Positions 20,743 through 30,732 are shown, counted from the stretch's first letter. The stretch: DNA of 64,000 nucleotides from Vulcanimicrobiota bacterium (GCA_963777315.1 CAVZQC010000001.1:192001-256000), one strand, 5' to 3'. Notes: generated by a model from the letters alone, not told the origin. Numbers and translations are program-made.

Positions 20743-21393
20743 CTATCCCGCTTTGACTTCGAACCGGCACTGGGTGCCGCCGGTTGCAATCGACTCGGTT
20801 TGCACGTGTTCGCCGCCGATCGTTTCGTCGAGCACGTGGTGGATGACCGAGCACACTTCGGGATGTTCCTTGGCGACTTCGGAATAGGGACAGTTGTGCT
20901 CGCGAAGCTCGAATCCGCCGTCGATTAAACTGTATTCGGCGAGCACGCCACCCTCTCGCAGCACTTGGGTCAGCTGCTCGAGCTTGGCCTGCGGGTCCGC
21001 GGCGGTCACGCGCTCTTTCGCTTTGGCGACCGTGCGTTGGGCAATTGCGTCGAAAACTTGAGTGACGCCCTCCTGCCCGAACTGCCGCTTCATCTCACGC
21101 AGCACGGCGCCGAGCATCTTGTCGTACCGTTGCGGAAAGAGCTTCTCGGCTGCGTCGGTCAGCGAAAATTCGTACGTCGGTTTCGTGCGCCCACGCCGTA
21201 CGGACTTCTCGGCCACCAGCCCGTCGCGTTCCAGCACCACCAGCTGCTGGCGCACGGCGTTGGGCGAAAGCCCGAAAACACGGGCCAAATCGACCGCCGA
21301 GGCCGATTTGCTGCGCCGCAGTTCTTCGACGATGCGTCCGCGCGTAGACTGAAAAAAACGATCGGCTTGCATGTTCTCCCGTGAGACTAACAT
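20743..21393 (-). CDS. SufR-like HTH transcriptional regulator (start may be 21372)
   Basis: N-terminal winged HTH (LSPNAVRQQL, GRTK); C-terminal HNCPY...C...C; divergent from sufC. Confidence 0.8.
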   Translation of the reverse strand: MLVSRENMQADRFFQSTRGRIVEELRRSKSASAVDLARVFGLSPNAVRQQLVVLERDGLVAEKSVRRGRTKPTYEFSLTDAAEKLFPQRYDKMLGAVLREMKRQFGQEGVTQVFDAIAQRTVAKAKERVTAADPQAKLEQLTQVLREGGVLAEYSLIDGGFELREHNCPYSEVAKEHPEVCSVIHHVLDETIGGEHVQTESIATGGTQCRFEVKAG

Positions 21394-21420
21394 GAAACCC
21401 CAAGATAGTCCAGGTTTTCC

Positions 21421-21449
21421 TTGACTTTCTCTTGGGGTAAGTCTAGCAT
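21421..21449 (+). promoter_or_regulatory. Sigma70-type promoter of the suf operon
   Basis: TTGACT-17 nt-TAGCAT, 45 nt upstream of sufC. Confidence 0.75.
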
Positions 21450-21493
21450 TACAAGCGGGTCCGCTTGGACCAATCCACACCGAGGAGAACCAC

Positions 21494-22264
21494 GTGTCCG
21501 ATAGGGGCCTTGTCGTCCGCGACCTGCATGCCGGCGTCGCCGGCAAAGAAATTCTCAGGGGAATCGATTTGGACGTCGAGCCCGGACGCGTGCATGCGTT
21601 GATGGGCCCCAACGGCAGCGGCAAATCGACGCTCGCCTTTTCGCTGACCGGGCATCCGAATTATTCCGTTACTTCCGGCACGGCGACCCTGGACGGTCAC
21701 GATTTGCTGGCAATGGCTCCCGACAAACGCGCCAAGGCCGGGTTGTTTCTGTCGTTTCAATATCCCGCCGCAATCCCGGGCGTGAAAGTCGCCAATTTTC
21801 TGCACGCCGCGCGTCAGGCCGTGCGCCCCGGGGATCTGACGCCCAGCAAATTCCGCGCGTTGCTCATGGAGAAACTCGAAGCGCTGGACATGGATCCCGC
21901 GTTCATGGGGCGGTACTTGAACGACGGCTTTTCCGGCGGTGAGAAAAAGCGGCTGGAAATGCTGCAGCTTGCCGTGCTCGCTCCCAAGTACGCGGTGCTC
22001 GACGAAACCGATTCCGGCTTGGACATCGACGCGCTCTCGGCCGTGGGCGAATCGGTCAATGCGCTGCGCCGCAGCGATGAAGGCAAGGACATCGGATTCC
22101 TGATCATCACGCACTATCCGCGCATTCTCCAATACGTTCGGGCTGACGTCGTGCACATCATGATTGAGGGCCGGATCGTCAAGCAAGGCGATGCGGAACT
22201 CGCCAATCGTATCGAGCGCGAAGGATACGATACGGTCCGCGCGGAGACCGAACAGATTGCCTAG
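21494..22264 (+). CDS. sufC: Fe-S cluster assembly ATPase
   Basis: GPNGSGKST, FSGGEKKR, LDETDSGLD and ITHY motifs. Confidence 0.96.
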   Translation: MSDRGLVVRDLHAGVAGKEILRGIDLDVEPGRVHALMGPNGSGKSTLAFSLTGHPNYSVTSGTATLDGHDLLAMAPDKRAKAGLFLSFQYPAAIPGVKVANFLHAARQAVRPGDLTPSKFRALLMEKLEALDMDPAFMGRYLNDGFSGGEKKRLEMLQLAVLAPKYAVLDETDSGLDIDALSAVGESVNALRRSDEGKDIGFLIITHYPRILQYVRADVVHIMIEGRIVKQGDAELANRIEREGYDTVRAETEQIA

Positions 22265-23450
22265 CGCCATTGCGCGAGCCGTCGCGCCCGAGAATCTGGA
22301 AGATGCGATAGCCGCGCTGGACCAAGCCGTGCTGGACGCGCCGGCCCGCAAGGCGCTGCTGTCACGCTCGTTTGAACTTCCCTCCGGCCGCGAAAAGCCG
22401 GGGCGCTTCTGGAAGATCGATCTCGAGGCGCTGGATTATACGACGCTTTCGGTGCGCCCGGCATCCGCGCCGCGCATAACCGCAACCCAGGTGCGCGGGC
22501 TCACTGCATGTGATTTGGCTGGAGCGGTTCGCTCGCACGGCGAGCTGGTGTCGCGGGCGTTCGAATCGGCCGCTCCGGCAGGCAACAAGTTTGCAGCGCT
22601 CGCGGGCGCGCTGTGCAATACGGGCGCATTCGTCCACGTGGCCGCCGACGTTGCAGTCGATGCTCCCGTCGAAATCGTTTACGACGCGCAGGAGCCGCTG
22701 TTTCCCTACACCGTGATCGTTCTCGAACGCGGAGCGAGCTGCACCGTGATCGAGCGATTCGAAGGCGCCGAAGGCGTCTTCGTTTGCGGCGCAGCCCAAC
22801 TCATCGCCGGCGAAAACGCTTTCGCCGCATATGCGGCCGAACAGCAGCTGCCGCAGGGCGCCCGCGCGATCTTCACTCGCACGTTTCGGCCCGGTCGATC
22901 TGCCAACGTCGTATGCTCGGTCGCCGATCTGGGCGCGGAGCTGGCCGTGGGAACGCTCAACGTAGCGATAGAGCAGCCGGGCGTCGACGCGCAGGTCAAC
23001 GCGCTGTTCTTCCCGTGCGGCAACCAGCACGTCGACCTGATCTCGACGGTGGAGCACGACGTCGGCGATTCGCAATCGCAAACGCTCGTCAAGTCCGCAG
23101 CCAACGGACGCGGCCAAGCGCGCTACCTGGGCAACATCCGCATCGCGCCGGGCGCTCAGGCTACGCTGGCATCGCTGCGCGACGATGCCCTGCTGCTGTC
23201 CCGCCACGCGCACATCGACTCCGTACCGGCGCTCGAAATCGCGGCCAACGACGTAAAGGCCTATCACGGCGCAACGGTCGGTGCGCTGGACGCCGAGCAG
23301 ATCTTCTATATGACCAGCCGCGGCATCGCACCGGGCGACGCCGAGAAGATGATCGCGTTGGGTTTCTTCGAGCCGGTTATCGAGCGCTTTCCCACGAGTG
23401 CGCTGCGCGAACGGCTGCGCTCGGCACTGCAAGCCAAGGTCGGCGAATGA
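22257..23450 (+). CDS. sufD: Fe-S cluster assembly protein SufD
   Basis: PALEIAANDVKAYHGATVG and FYMTSRGI motifs. Confidence 0.88.
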   Translation: MPSAIARAVAPENLEDAIAALDQAVLDAPARKALLSRSFELPSGREKPGRFWKIDLEALDYTTLSVRPASAPRITATQVRGLTACDLAGAVRSHGELVSRAFESAAPAGNKFAALAGALCNTGAFVHVAADVAVDAPVEIVYDAQEPLFPYTVIVLERGASCTVIERFEGAEGVFVCGAAQLIAGENAFAAYAAEQQLPQGARAIFTRTFRPGRSANVVCSVADLGAELAVGTLNVAIEQPGVDAQVNALFFPCGNQHVDLISTVEHDVGDSQSQTLVKSAANGRGQARYLGNIRIAPGAQATLASLRDDALLLSRHAHIDSVPALEIAANDVKAYHGATVGALDAEQIFYMTSRGIAPGDAEKMIALGFFEPVIERFPTSALRERLRSALQAKVGE

Positions 23451-24706
23451 TCCATCCCGTGCCGCCCATCGCGAGCGATGCCAAAGCCGAGCGCATCGTT
23501 GCGGATTTTCCGATCCTCGCACGTCCGACGTCGCGCGGCAAACGCCTAGTGTATCTGGATTCGGCGGCGACTTCGCAAAAGCCGCAGTGCGTCATCGACG
23601 CGCTGGTGGACTACTACACGCGCTACAACGCGAACGTCCACCGCGGCGTGTACGAGCTGGCCGAACAAGCCAGCGACGCGTTCGAAGCGGCCCGCGGCAA
23701 GGTCGCGCGATTCCTCAACGCGCAGGCTGCGGAGATCGTGTGGACGCGCAACACGACCGAAGCGATCAACTTGGTTTCGTATTCTTGGGGGTTGTCGAAC
23801 CTGAGCGCCGGGGATGCGATAGTGACGACGCAACTCGAGCATCATTCCAATTTGGTCCCGTGGCAGCTGCTTGCGCAAAAGACGGGAGCGCAGCTGCGCT
23901 TCATTCCCGTCGACGATCGCGGTCTGCACGTGCTCGACGATTTGGACCGGCTGCTGCAGGACTGCAAGCTCGTCGCGCTCTCCCACGTGAGCAATACGCT
24001 AGGTACGATAGCGCCGTTGGAAACGATCGTCCCCAAGGCTCATGCCGCCGGAGCGCTCGTGCTGGTGGACGGCGCGCAAGCGGCGCCCAACATGCCGGTG
24101 GACGTGCAATCGCTCGATGCGGACTTTTACGCCTTGAGCGCACACAAAATGTGCGGTCCCACGGGAATCGGGGTTCTCTACGGCAAGCGCGCGCTGCTTG
24201 AAGCGATGCCGCCGTTTCTGACGGGCGGGGACATGATTCGCAAGGTCGAGTACGCGAGCACTTCGTTCAACGAATTACCCTGGAAGTTCGAGGCCGGCAC
24301 GAGCAACATCGCCGACGCAATCGCATTCGGGGCGGCGATCGATTATCTGCAGGAGATCGGCATGCAGTGGGTTCGCGACCACGAGCGCGCGATCGTGGGT
24401 TACGCGCTCGACCGGCTCGGCGGCCTGCGGCGGCGCGGCCTTGCGATCTATGGGCCGGCGGATTCGAACCTGATTGCGGACGTCATCTCCTTCAACTTCG
24501 GCGACATTCACGCCCACGACTTGGCTTCGCTGCTCGATACGCAAGGGGTTTGCGTTCGGGCCGGCCATCATTGCACGATGCCGCTGATGGAAAAAATGGG
24601 CTGGCCCGCCACCGCGCGCGCGTCGTTCTACATCTACAATACGCGGCGCGACGTCGACGCGCTCGTCGATGCGCTGGAGAAGGCGGCGGATGTCTTCAAG
24701 CTGTAA
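23447..24706 (+). CDS. sufS: Cysteine desulfurase
   Basis: YLDSAATSQKP, SAHKMCGPTG and RAGHHC motifs. Confidence 0.96.
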   Translation: MIHPVPPIASDAKAERIVADFPILARPTSRGKRLVYLDSAATSQKPQCVIDALVDYYTRYNANVHRGVYELAEQASDAFEAARGKVARFLNAQAAEIVWTRNTTEAINLVSYSWGLSNLSAGDAIVTTQLEHHSNLVPWQLLAQKTGAQLRFIPVDDRGLHVLDDLDRLLQDCKLVALSHVSNTLGTIAPLETIVPKAHAAGALVLVDGAQAAPNMPVDVQSLDADFYALSAHKMCGPTGIGVLYGKRALLEAMPPFLTGGDMIRKVEYASTSFNELPWKFEAGTSNIADAIAFGAAIDYLQEIGMQWVRDHERAIVGYALDRLGGLRRRGLAIYGPADSNLIADVISFNFGDIHAHDLASLLDTQGVCVRAGHHCTMPLMEKMGWPATARASFYIYNTRRDVDALVDALEKAADVFKL

Positions 24707-24720
24707 ACGCGCCCCATAAC

Positions 24721-25113
24721 ATGGACGACTTCTACCGCGACTTCATCCTGGACCATTACCGCAATCCGCGAAACTTCGGCCACCTGGAGCAGCCCGACGT
24801 GTCGGCCGAAGATCTCAATCCGCTATGCGGCGACCGCATTCGCGTCGAACTGGCGGTCGATGCCGATCGCACGATTCGCGACGTTCGGTTCTCCGGAAAG
24901 GGCTGCGCGATCAGCCAGGCGTCGATGTCGATGCTCAGCGAGGAAATCAAGGGGAAAACCCTCGAGGAGGTCGCCACGCTGCCCAAGGAAGCGGTACTGG
25001 AAAACGTCGGAATCGGCATTAGTCCCACGCGCATGAAATGCGCGATGCTCGGGCTGAAGGTTCTCAAGAGCGCGGCCGTGGGCGAGCTCGCGGCGTGGCC
25101 GGACGAAGGCTGA
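24721..25113 (+). CDS. sufU: SUF-system NifU-family protein
   Basis: NPLCGD, GCAISQAS and RMKCA motifs. Confidence 0.92.
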   Translation: MDDFYRDFILDHYRNPRNFGHLEQPDVSAEDLNPLCGDRIRVELAVDADRTIRDVRFSGKGCAISQASMSMLSEEIKGKTLEEVATLPKEAVLENVGIGISPTRMKCAMLGLKVLKSAAVGELAAWPDEG

Positions 25114-25119
25114 TCCCCT

Positions 25120-25914
25120 CTACGGCTTGATCGCCGTCTTTTCCAAGATGCGAGGCGCGCCCGAATCGGCGGCGACGACGAACGTTTCGAAATATTCGCC
25201 CTTGGCGGTTTGCATGTCGACCGCCACCTTGTAGCTGCCGTCTGCGTTGCGGGTCGTCGTCAAACTGACGATTCGCGTGCCGGCATCGATGAAGTCCTCA
25301 TCCGGAACGCCGTTGGCCAAGTAGGTCGCAGCTGCTTGCGGGTCGCCTCGCCGCAGCGCTTGGACGTACGAGCGCACCGCATCGCCGGCGGGATTTCCTT
25401 GCGGCGCTTCGGCGCGGCGCGCGACCGGAAGCGTCGTGCGCGCGGCCGGCGTGGTTGCCGGCGCAGCGCTCGGCGCGCGCGGCGAAAGTGCAGGCGCCCG
25501 CGTCGGCAGCGGTGCTGCCGTGGGCGCCCGAGTTTCAGCCGTCGTTGCGGCCGGAGTTGCAGCCGGCGTTGCCGTTGGCGCCGGCGTTGCGGCCGGAGTG
25601 CGCGCGAGCGTGGGCGCAGCCGTCGGCGCGGGCGTCGGCGTCGCCGGGGATGGGGATTGCGCAGCGACACTTTGCGCGGGCGATGCAAGGGGCGTGACGA
25701 CCGGCGCGGGCGTGGGAATGTGCGCGACGCCGGCGCTCTGCTTGGGGCTGAGCCAATGCGCAAGGCCTTGGCCCAAAAACCAGCCGCCCAGTATGACGAC
25801 GATTGCCGCGATGAAGGTAACTATCCAGGGATTGAAATTGTTCGGTCCGCCCGAAGCCGTGCGGCGTGGTCCTTTCCCGGTCAGCCGGCGCCTACGGCGC
25901 AAATCGCCGCTCAT
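25120..25914 (-). CDS. Hypothetical single-TM protein with Pro/Ala/Thr linker
   Basis: One TM segment, low-complexity linker and small C-terminal domain. Confidence 0.7.
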   Translation of the reverse strand: MSGDLRRRRRLTGKGPRRTASGGPNNFNPWIVTFIAAIVVILGGWFLGQGLAHWLSPKQSAGVAHIPTPAPVVTPLASPAQSVAAQSPSPATPTPAPTAAPTLARTPAATPAPTATPAATPAATTAETRAPTAAPLPTRAPALSPRAPSAAPATTPAARTTLPVARRAEAPQGNPAGDAVRSYVQALRRGDPQAAATYLANGVPDEDFIDAGTRIVSLTTTRNADGSYKVAVDMQTAKGEYFETFVVAADSGAPRILEKTAIKP

Positions 25915-26306
25915 CGCTCCAGAAGGCGCGCCGCGATTGCCTCAGGCAGCGGCGGCGCAAGCTCGCCTACGATCTCGGGACGGCGCTCGACCAGCGCACC
26001 GGCGGCTTCTTTGAGTAATCCCGAATTCGTTTTGGCATAGCTCACCAACGCCCGCACGGCCGCGGGATCGCCTTGGGCCGCGGCATCCAGCACGGTACCG
26101 GCCGCTTCGACCGCATCTTCGGACGATTCGCCGCGCTGCCGAAACGCATCGAAGATCGCTTCGACCAGCAGCGTACGGCCCGCCGGGGAGAGTGTCCGTT
26201 CGCTTTGCTCGACGGCTGCTGCGAGGTCGCGCTCGTCCATCTTTGCAATGAACTTTCGGGCCGCATCCGCGACCGCGGCCAACGCATAGTTGCCGAAAAC
26301 CGACAT
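25911..26306 (-). CDS. Hypothetical helical protein
   Basis: ATG 26306 (MSVFGNYAL...); stop overlaps the next start. Confidence 0.65.
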   Translation of the reverse strand: MSVFGNYALAAVADAARKFIAKMDERDLAAAVEQSERTLSPAGRTLLVEAIFDAFRQRGESSEDAVEAAGTVLDAAAQGDPAAVRALVSYAKTNSGLLKEAAGALVERRPEIVGELAPPLPEAIAARLLER

Positions 26307-26369
26307 CGGTCGAATCCTTACTCTCCGCGGCAGGCGGCTCCTCGAAAACCCGCAAAGAGATGGGGCGAA

Positions 26370-26681
26370 ATGATCCGTGTTCGGGTGCCGCTCGACATTC
26401 ATGCCGTGGCTTGCAGCGGTTGCGGGGCTTTCGCACTGGCCACGCCCCTGCGCGTGCGCGATCTGCTCTCGCTTGCCGTTCGCCAAGCGATCGGCTCGCG
26501 AGCGCCGCACGACAAGTTCGCGCGAAACTTGCGCGCTACGCTGCTCGGACTTTCCGGCGGCCGGTTCACCGTCGACGTCGACGGCCGGCACTTTAGCGAT
26601 CCCGAACAAGTCGTCGTTTGTGAAGGGGTCGCGGACGTCCGGTTCTTCCTGCCTTCCCGCCGGCTCCCCGTTCATCATTAA
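26370..26681 (+). CDS. Small hypothetical protein with CxxC
   Basis: MIRVRVPLDIHAVACSGC...; fills the gap between neighbours. Confidence 0.55.
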   Translation: MIRVRVPLDIHAVACSGCGAFALATPLRVRDLLSLAVRQAIGSRAPHDKFARNLRATLLGLSGGRFTVDVDGRHFSDPEQVVVCEGVADVRFFLPSRRLPVHH

Positions 26682-26709
26682 AGACGTTCCCTCGTACCGG
26701 CCCATCGGT

Positions 26710-27378
26710 TTGGTCGCGGCGCAAATCTTCGTTCGCCGTTGGCCGCTGTATTTGGCATCGTGCGCTGCGGTCTTCGGACTGGAAGCGCTGTTCTGCAGGT
26801 TCGTGCACGTCCGGTTTGCAAGCTTTTATGCCGAATTGATCGGCTCGCCGCTGATAAGCGCCGTGGTTTTGGTGAACGTGGGCTGCGATGCGGCGCAAAC
26901 GCTGCAGCGGCGCGGGGAGCGGCTCGAACGGATCCTGGAACGAGCGTGGGCGATCATCGTCATCGACGTGTGCATCAGTTTGGTGATGAAAATGGGCTTG
27001 GAGAGCATGAGCTCGGCGGATGCCGGCGACATATTCCTGGGAATCGCCGTGATGTTTCTAGCCGCCATGCTGGCATACGCCGAACCGTATGCGGCGCTGG
27101 AAGAGGGGGCCGCTACGCTCACGGTCGTCCCGCTGGCGATTCTGCGCAGCATGATGCTCGCTTGGGTCAACATCTCGCGCATATTTTCGCTGTTCGCGAT
27201 ACAGATCGCGCTCTCGATAGCGGAAATCGCTTTACTCAAAGCCGTTGCGGGATGGGGAGAACAAACTTTGGCCACGCTCGACTTGGCGTACGTCGCGCTG
27301 GCTACCGCGCCGCTTTCGGCGCTGTTTGCGATCGCCTATCTCGATACGCTCGCGCAGGAGCGCCGCACGAGCCCGTAG
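26710..27378 (+). CDS. Multi-pass membrane protein
   Basis: About six hydrophobic segments; start uncertain. Confidence 0.65.
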   Translation: MVAAQIFVRRWPLYLASCAAVFGLEALFCRFVHVRFASFYAELIGSPLISAVVLVNVGCDAAQTLQRRGERLERILERAWAIIVIDVCISLVMKMGLESMSSADAGDIFLGIAVMFLAAMLAYAEPYAALEEGAATLTVVPLAILRSMMLAWVNISRIFSLFAIQIALSIAEIALLKAVAGWGEQTLATLDLAYVALATAPLSALFAIAYLDTLAQERRTSP

Positions 27379-27393
27379 ATCCAGTCTCCCGAG

Positions 27394-28680
27394 CTAGCGG
27401 GCCATCGACTCCAGAACGGCCGGCAGACGTCCTTGGCGCCCGAGCATCATCTGCGCGAACAGGGCGTTCGGCCAAGCGAAATCCGCGCGCGTGTACGACT
27501 CGGGCCAATCCGAGTTGAACGACTCGTGCAAACGATGGTCGCCGGTATCGGACGCCGCAATATACCCCATGACGCGATTGATTTCGCTTTGGTCGGTCGA
27601 GGTGAGCGCTTGCATGACCAGCGCGAGCGGCCACACGTAGCCGTGCGGCGTGTGAGGGCTGCCGATGCCCGACGCGTATTTGCCGGTGAAGTAGTATGGG
27701 TTGCGCGGCGATAGGATGAACGTGCGCGTCGCTTGGTATACGACGTCGTGCACGCCGACGTAGCCGAAATACGGAATCGACAGCAGCGAGGGAATGTTCG
27801 CGTCGTCCATCAAGTTGGCGTGGCCGTAGCCGTCGATCTCGTAGGCGTAGATGCGCCCGATGCCGCGAATGTTGACCTGGCCGTAGCGCTCGATGGCGCG
27901 CTGAATTTCCACTGAGAGTCCCCAGGCGTCCGCCGCCACGCGTCCGTTGCGATACACCGTTTTCTCGATCTCGGTGAGGTCGCGCAGCACGACCACGCCG
28001 AACATGTTGTCCGGAATGTTGTACTGGTAGCGCGCCGCATCGTCGGACGGCCGGAAAGCGGTCCAGACCAGGCCGGTGTAGGCAACCGGCGTGCCTTTAC
28101 CCCCGTTTGCCAGCTCGGGGTGGCGGTAATGCGACCGTTTGTCGTGATGCTGCTCGGTGCGCAACGTGGTCAGAACCGTTTGGAAAGCGCGCTGCACGTC
28201 GGGCGTGAAGATCGAGTTATCGCGCGTTGCCTTCCAATAGAGATACGCAAACCAGACGGGATAGAGCAGCGAGTCCATTTCGAACTTGCGCTCGGCGACG
28301 CGATAGTCGTCGGTGAACGCATCGGCGTACGGGTCGATCTGTATGTAGCGCGCCTGCCGGGCAATCGTGCCGCGCAGCATCGTGCGCACGTACGGGTCGG
28401 TCACCGCCAGACCGATGTACGGCGTCATGACGGCGCTCGAATCGCGCAGCCACTCCATGGCGATGTCGCCCGTGGAAACGAACGTCGTGCCGTCGCGCTG
28501 CTGCGTGGCGTGACGGCTGTACGCCTCGTCGTACGCGCGCTGATAGATCTTCTGGAGCGTTACCGAAACGGCCGCAGGACGAACGGGGGTCTCGGCCGTG
28601 GGATTAGCCGGAGCGGGAACCGATGCAGCGGCAAAAAGGATCGTCAACGATAGGACGCCGGCGATCCGAACCGCTCTCAT
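27394..28680 (-). CDS. Glycoside hydrolase family 125 (exo-alpha-1,6-mannosidase-like), secreted
   Basis: TGDIAMEWLRDS, ERKFEMDSL, FRPSDD, MDDANIPSLL, HESF and FAWPN motifs. Confidence 0.92.
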   Translation of the reverse strand: MRAVRIAGVLSLTILFAAASVPAPANPTAETPVRPAAVSVTLQKIYQRAYDEAYSRHATQQRDGTTFVSTGDIAMEWLRDSSAVMTPYIGLAVTDPYVRTMLRGTIARQARYIQIDPYADAFTDDYRVAERKFEMDSLLYPVWFAYLYWKATRDNSIFTPDVQRAFQTVLTTLRTEQHHDKRSHYRHPELANGGKGTPVAYTGLVWTAFRPSDDAARYQYNIPDNMFGVVVLRDLTEIEKTVYRNGRVAADAWGLSVEIQRAIERYGQVNIRGIGRIYAYEIDGYGHANLMDDANIPSLLSIPYFGYVGVHDVVYQATRTFILSPRNPYYFTGKYASGIGSPHTPHGYVWPLALVMQALTSTDQSEINRVMGYIAASDTGDHRLHESFNSDWPESYTRADFAWPNALFAQMMLGRQGRLPAVLESMAR

Positions 28681-28860
28681 GCTTGCAAGGTACCCATGGC
28701 CGGCTTTTTCATACGTACTCCTCTACTTGTATCGGCAGCTGCCGTAACGGCCGCGCCGGAGAAAAACGTTCTGCGGGGCGTTTCGCGGCGTTCGATTTCC
28801 TGGGATAATACTGTACGGATACCCTTGGAAACGACCCGGAAAGAGAGCTGACGCCGCCGT

Positions 28861-29613
28861 ATGCGCATCCAGACTGCCGCCCTGGGCCTGGCTACGGTGT
28901 TCGCGCTGGCTTTACCCGCCGAGGCAGATCAGCGCTATGCCGTCAGCGGGAACGACCGCTATCAGGTCGGCGGCGCCGAGCTGCACACCAGCATCACCTA
29001 CGCCGGAAGACAGCAGCTCACGATCCGCAAGGACGGCGCCCAGACGCGCTTCATCGCCCAGGCGCACTACACGCGAACCGACGCTTCGGGCAAGGTTCCG
29101 GCCCAGGCCACGTTCGTTCAAGTAATGACGCCCGCGGGCGACCTGCGCGACAAAACCGACCTGGATCCCGATTATTTGACCGTACTCAACCAGCCGTTTG
29201 CGGTGCAGTTGGATGGGGCGACGCTGCACGATCTCCTGCGGCTGCGCGGCCGCGTGCCGTTCGAGTTTCCCGCTCCAATGATGGGCGGAACGCTGCGCGG
29301 ATATTTGGAACGCGGCAGCGTCGGCCGGGTCGATTCGCGTCCCGCGCTGGCCGTGCAGTTCGGCGCGTCCGGCGCGATGAAGGGCCCGTTGCCGGGACAC
29401 GCGGACATGTCGATTGCCGGCACGATGCGTATGAGCGGAACGGCGCACTATGCAGTGCGAGGTCCTGCGCTGCTTTTAGCGTTGAACGAAACGCTGACCA
29501 TCTCCGGCACTCTGAACCGGCAAGGACGTTCGTCTCCCGTGACGATCGTGTACCGGCGTTCGATCAAAGCAGACGATTCGGCACCCGCTTCGACGGAAGC
29601 CGACTCGCACTAG
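28861..29613 (+). CDS. Hypothetical secreted beta-rich protein
   Basis: Signal peptide ending AEA. Confidence 0.7.
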   Translation: MRIQTAALGLATVFALALPAEADQRYAVSGNDRYQVGGAELHTSITYAGRQQLTIRKDGAQTRFIAQAHYTRTDASGKVPAQATFVQVMTPAGDLRDKTDLDPDYLTVLNQPFAVQLDGATLHDLLRLRGRVPFEFPAPMMGGTLRGYLERGSVGRVDSRPALAVQFGASGAMKGPLPGHADMSIAGTMRMSGTAHYAVRGPALLLALNETLTISGTLNRQGRSSPVTIVYRRSIKADDSAPASTEADSH

Positions 29614-29617
29614 CCTC

Positions 29618-30016
29618 CTAGACCGCCGCGGGTAGTTCGACCGTGAGAGGGTGCGTGAACGGCTGTTCGGTCAATGCGACCAGCGGGGTGAAGGCCAGAT
29701 GATTCTGATGGCAGTCGATCAGCATCTCGATGCCGCGCTTCACGCTGCCGTTTTCTTCGATGTACTTGTCGAGCTTCTTCGAAAAATACGATTGCGGATT
29801 GCGCAGCACTTTGGCGTAATACGGATCGTCGGTCAAACCGCGCGGGCTGATGCCGTGTTTTGGAACCAGCCACACGAACCACGGATCTTCCCCATGGCGG
29901 TATCCGATGAGCAGCAGCGGAACGGCACGTGACGAATCCAAGTTCGGGAGAAAACTGCACATCGTATACGCGTCGAACAAAACTTCACGAGGTTCAATGG
30001 CAGCGGCCGGCTTCAT
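29618..30016 (-). CDS. Hypothetical protein
   Basis: Protein-like composition; divergent from the ECF sigma gene. Confidence 0.6.
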   Translation of the reverse strand: MKPAAAIEPREVLFDAYTMCSFLPNLDSSRAVPLLLIGYRHGEDPWFVWLVPKHGISPRGLTDDPYYAKVLRNPQSYFSKKLDKYIEENGSVKRGIEMLIDCHQNHLAFTPLVALTEQPFTHPLTVELPAAV

Positions 30017-30081
30017 GGCGGAGGCTTCCGTCGCGGCGGGGCTGAAACCTTTGGGCCCTTGCGTGGTGTTGGGACGCGTGT

Positions 30082-30732
30082 ATGAGCGTGCTCGCAGCAC
30101 CACTCCTGACTTGGGAGTATATTGTGCCACCGTCGGCCGCCAAGAAGGCAGCCCCTTCGACCGAACGCTTCGATACGATCGTCGGCGAGTACCAGCGCCG
30201 GCTGTACGGTTTCGCCCTGCGCATGACGGGCAATCGCGAAGATGCCGAAGAGATCGTGCAGGACGCATTCGTGCGGGCATATCGCGCGCTCGGCAAGATG
30301 TCGTTCGAGCAGCGGGCCGAACTGCGTTTGCAGCCCTGGCTGTATACGATCACGCTCAACGTCACGCGCAACCGTCTGCGCAGCAAGCGTCCGGCCAACG
30401 TCGCGCTCGACGCACTGGCCGATCCGGACGCACTGCTGCGCGGCGCCCACCGCGAGACGCCGGCACAGCCTGAAAAAATCGTCGAGCAGAACGCCGACAT
30501 GGCGCTGGTGGAGCGTGCGCTTTTGCAACTTCCGATGCACCTGCGCGCCGCCGCCACGCTGAGGTTCATCGAAGGGCGCAGCCATCCGGAGATCGCCGAA
30601 ATTCTCGATCAGCCGATCGGCACCGTGAAATCGCACGTGCATCGCGCCGTGCGGATCCTGCGGCGAATCCTTGGGCCTCAAATCGGAAAAATCGCACCTG
30701 AAGGGGGAGCAGCCATTCATGCGTTGTCGTGA
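30082..30732 (+). CDS. ECF RNA polymerase sigma factor
   Basis: DAEEIVQDAFVRAY, WLYTI and EIAEILDQPIGTVKSHVHRA motifs. Confidence 0.93.
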   Translation: MSVLAAPLLTWEYIVPPSAAKKAAPSTERFDTIVGEYQRRLYGFALRMTGNREDAEEIVQDAFVRAYRALGKMSFEQRAELRLQPWLYTITLNVTRNRLRSKRPANVALDALADPDALLRGAHRETPAQPEKIVEQNADMALVERALLQLPMHLRAAATLRFIEGRSHPEIAEILDQPIGTVKSHVHRAVRILRRILGPQIGKIAPEGGAAIHALS

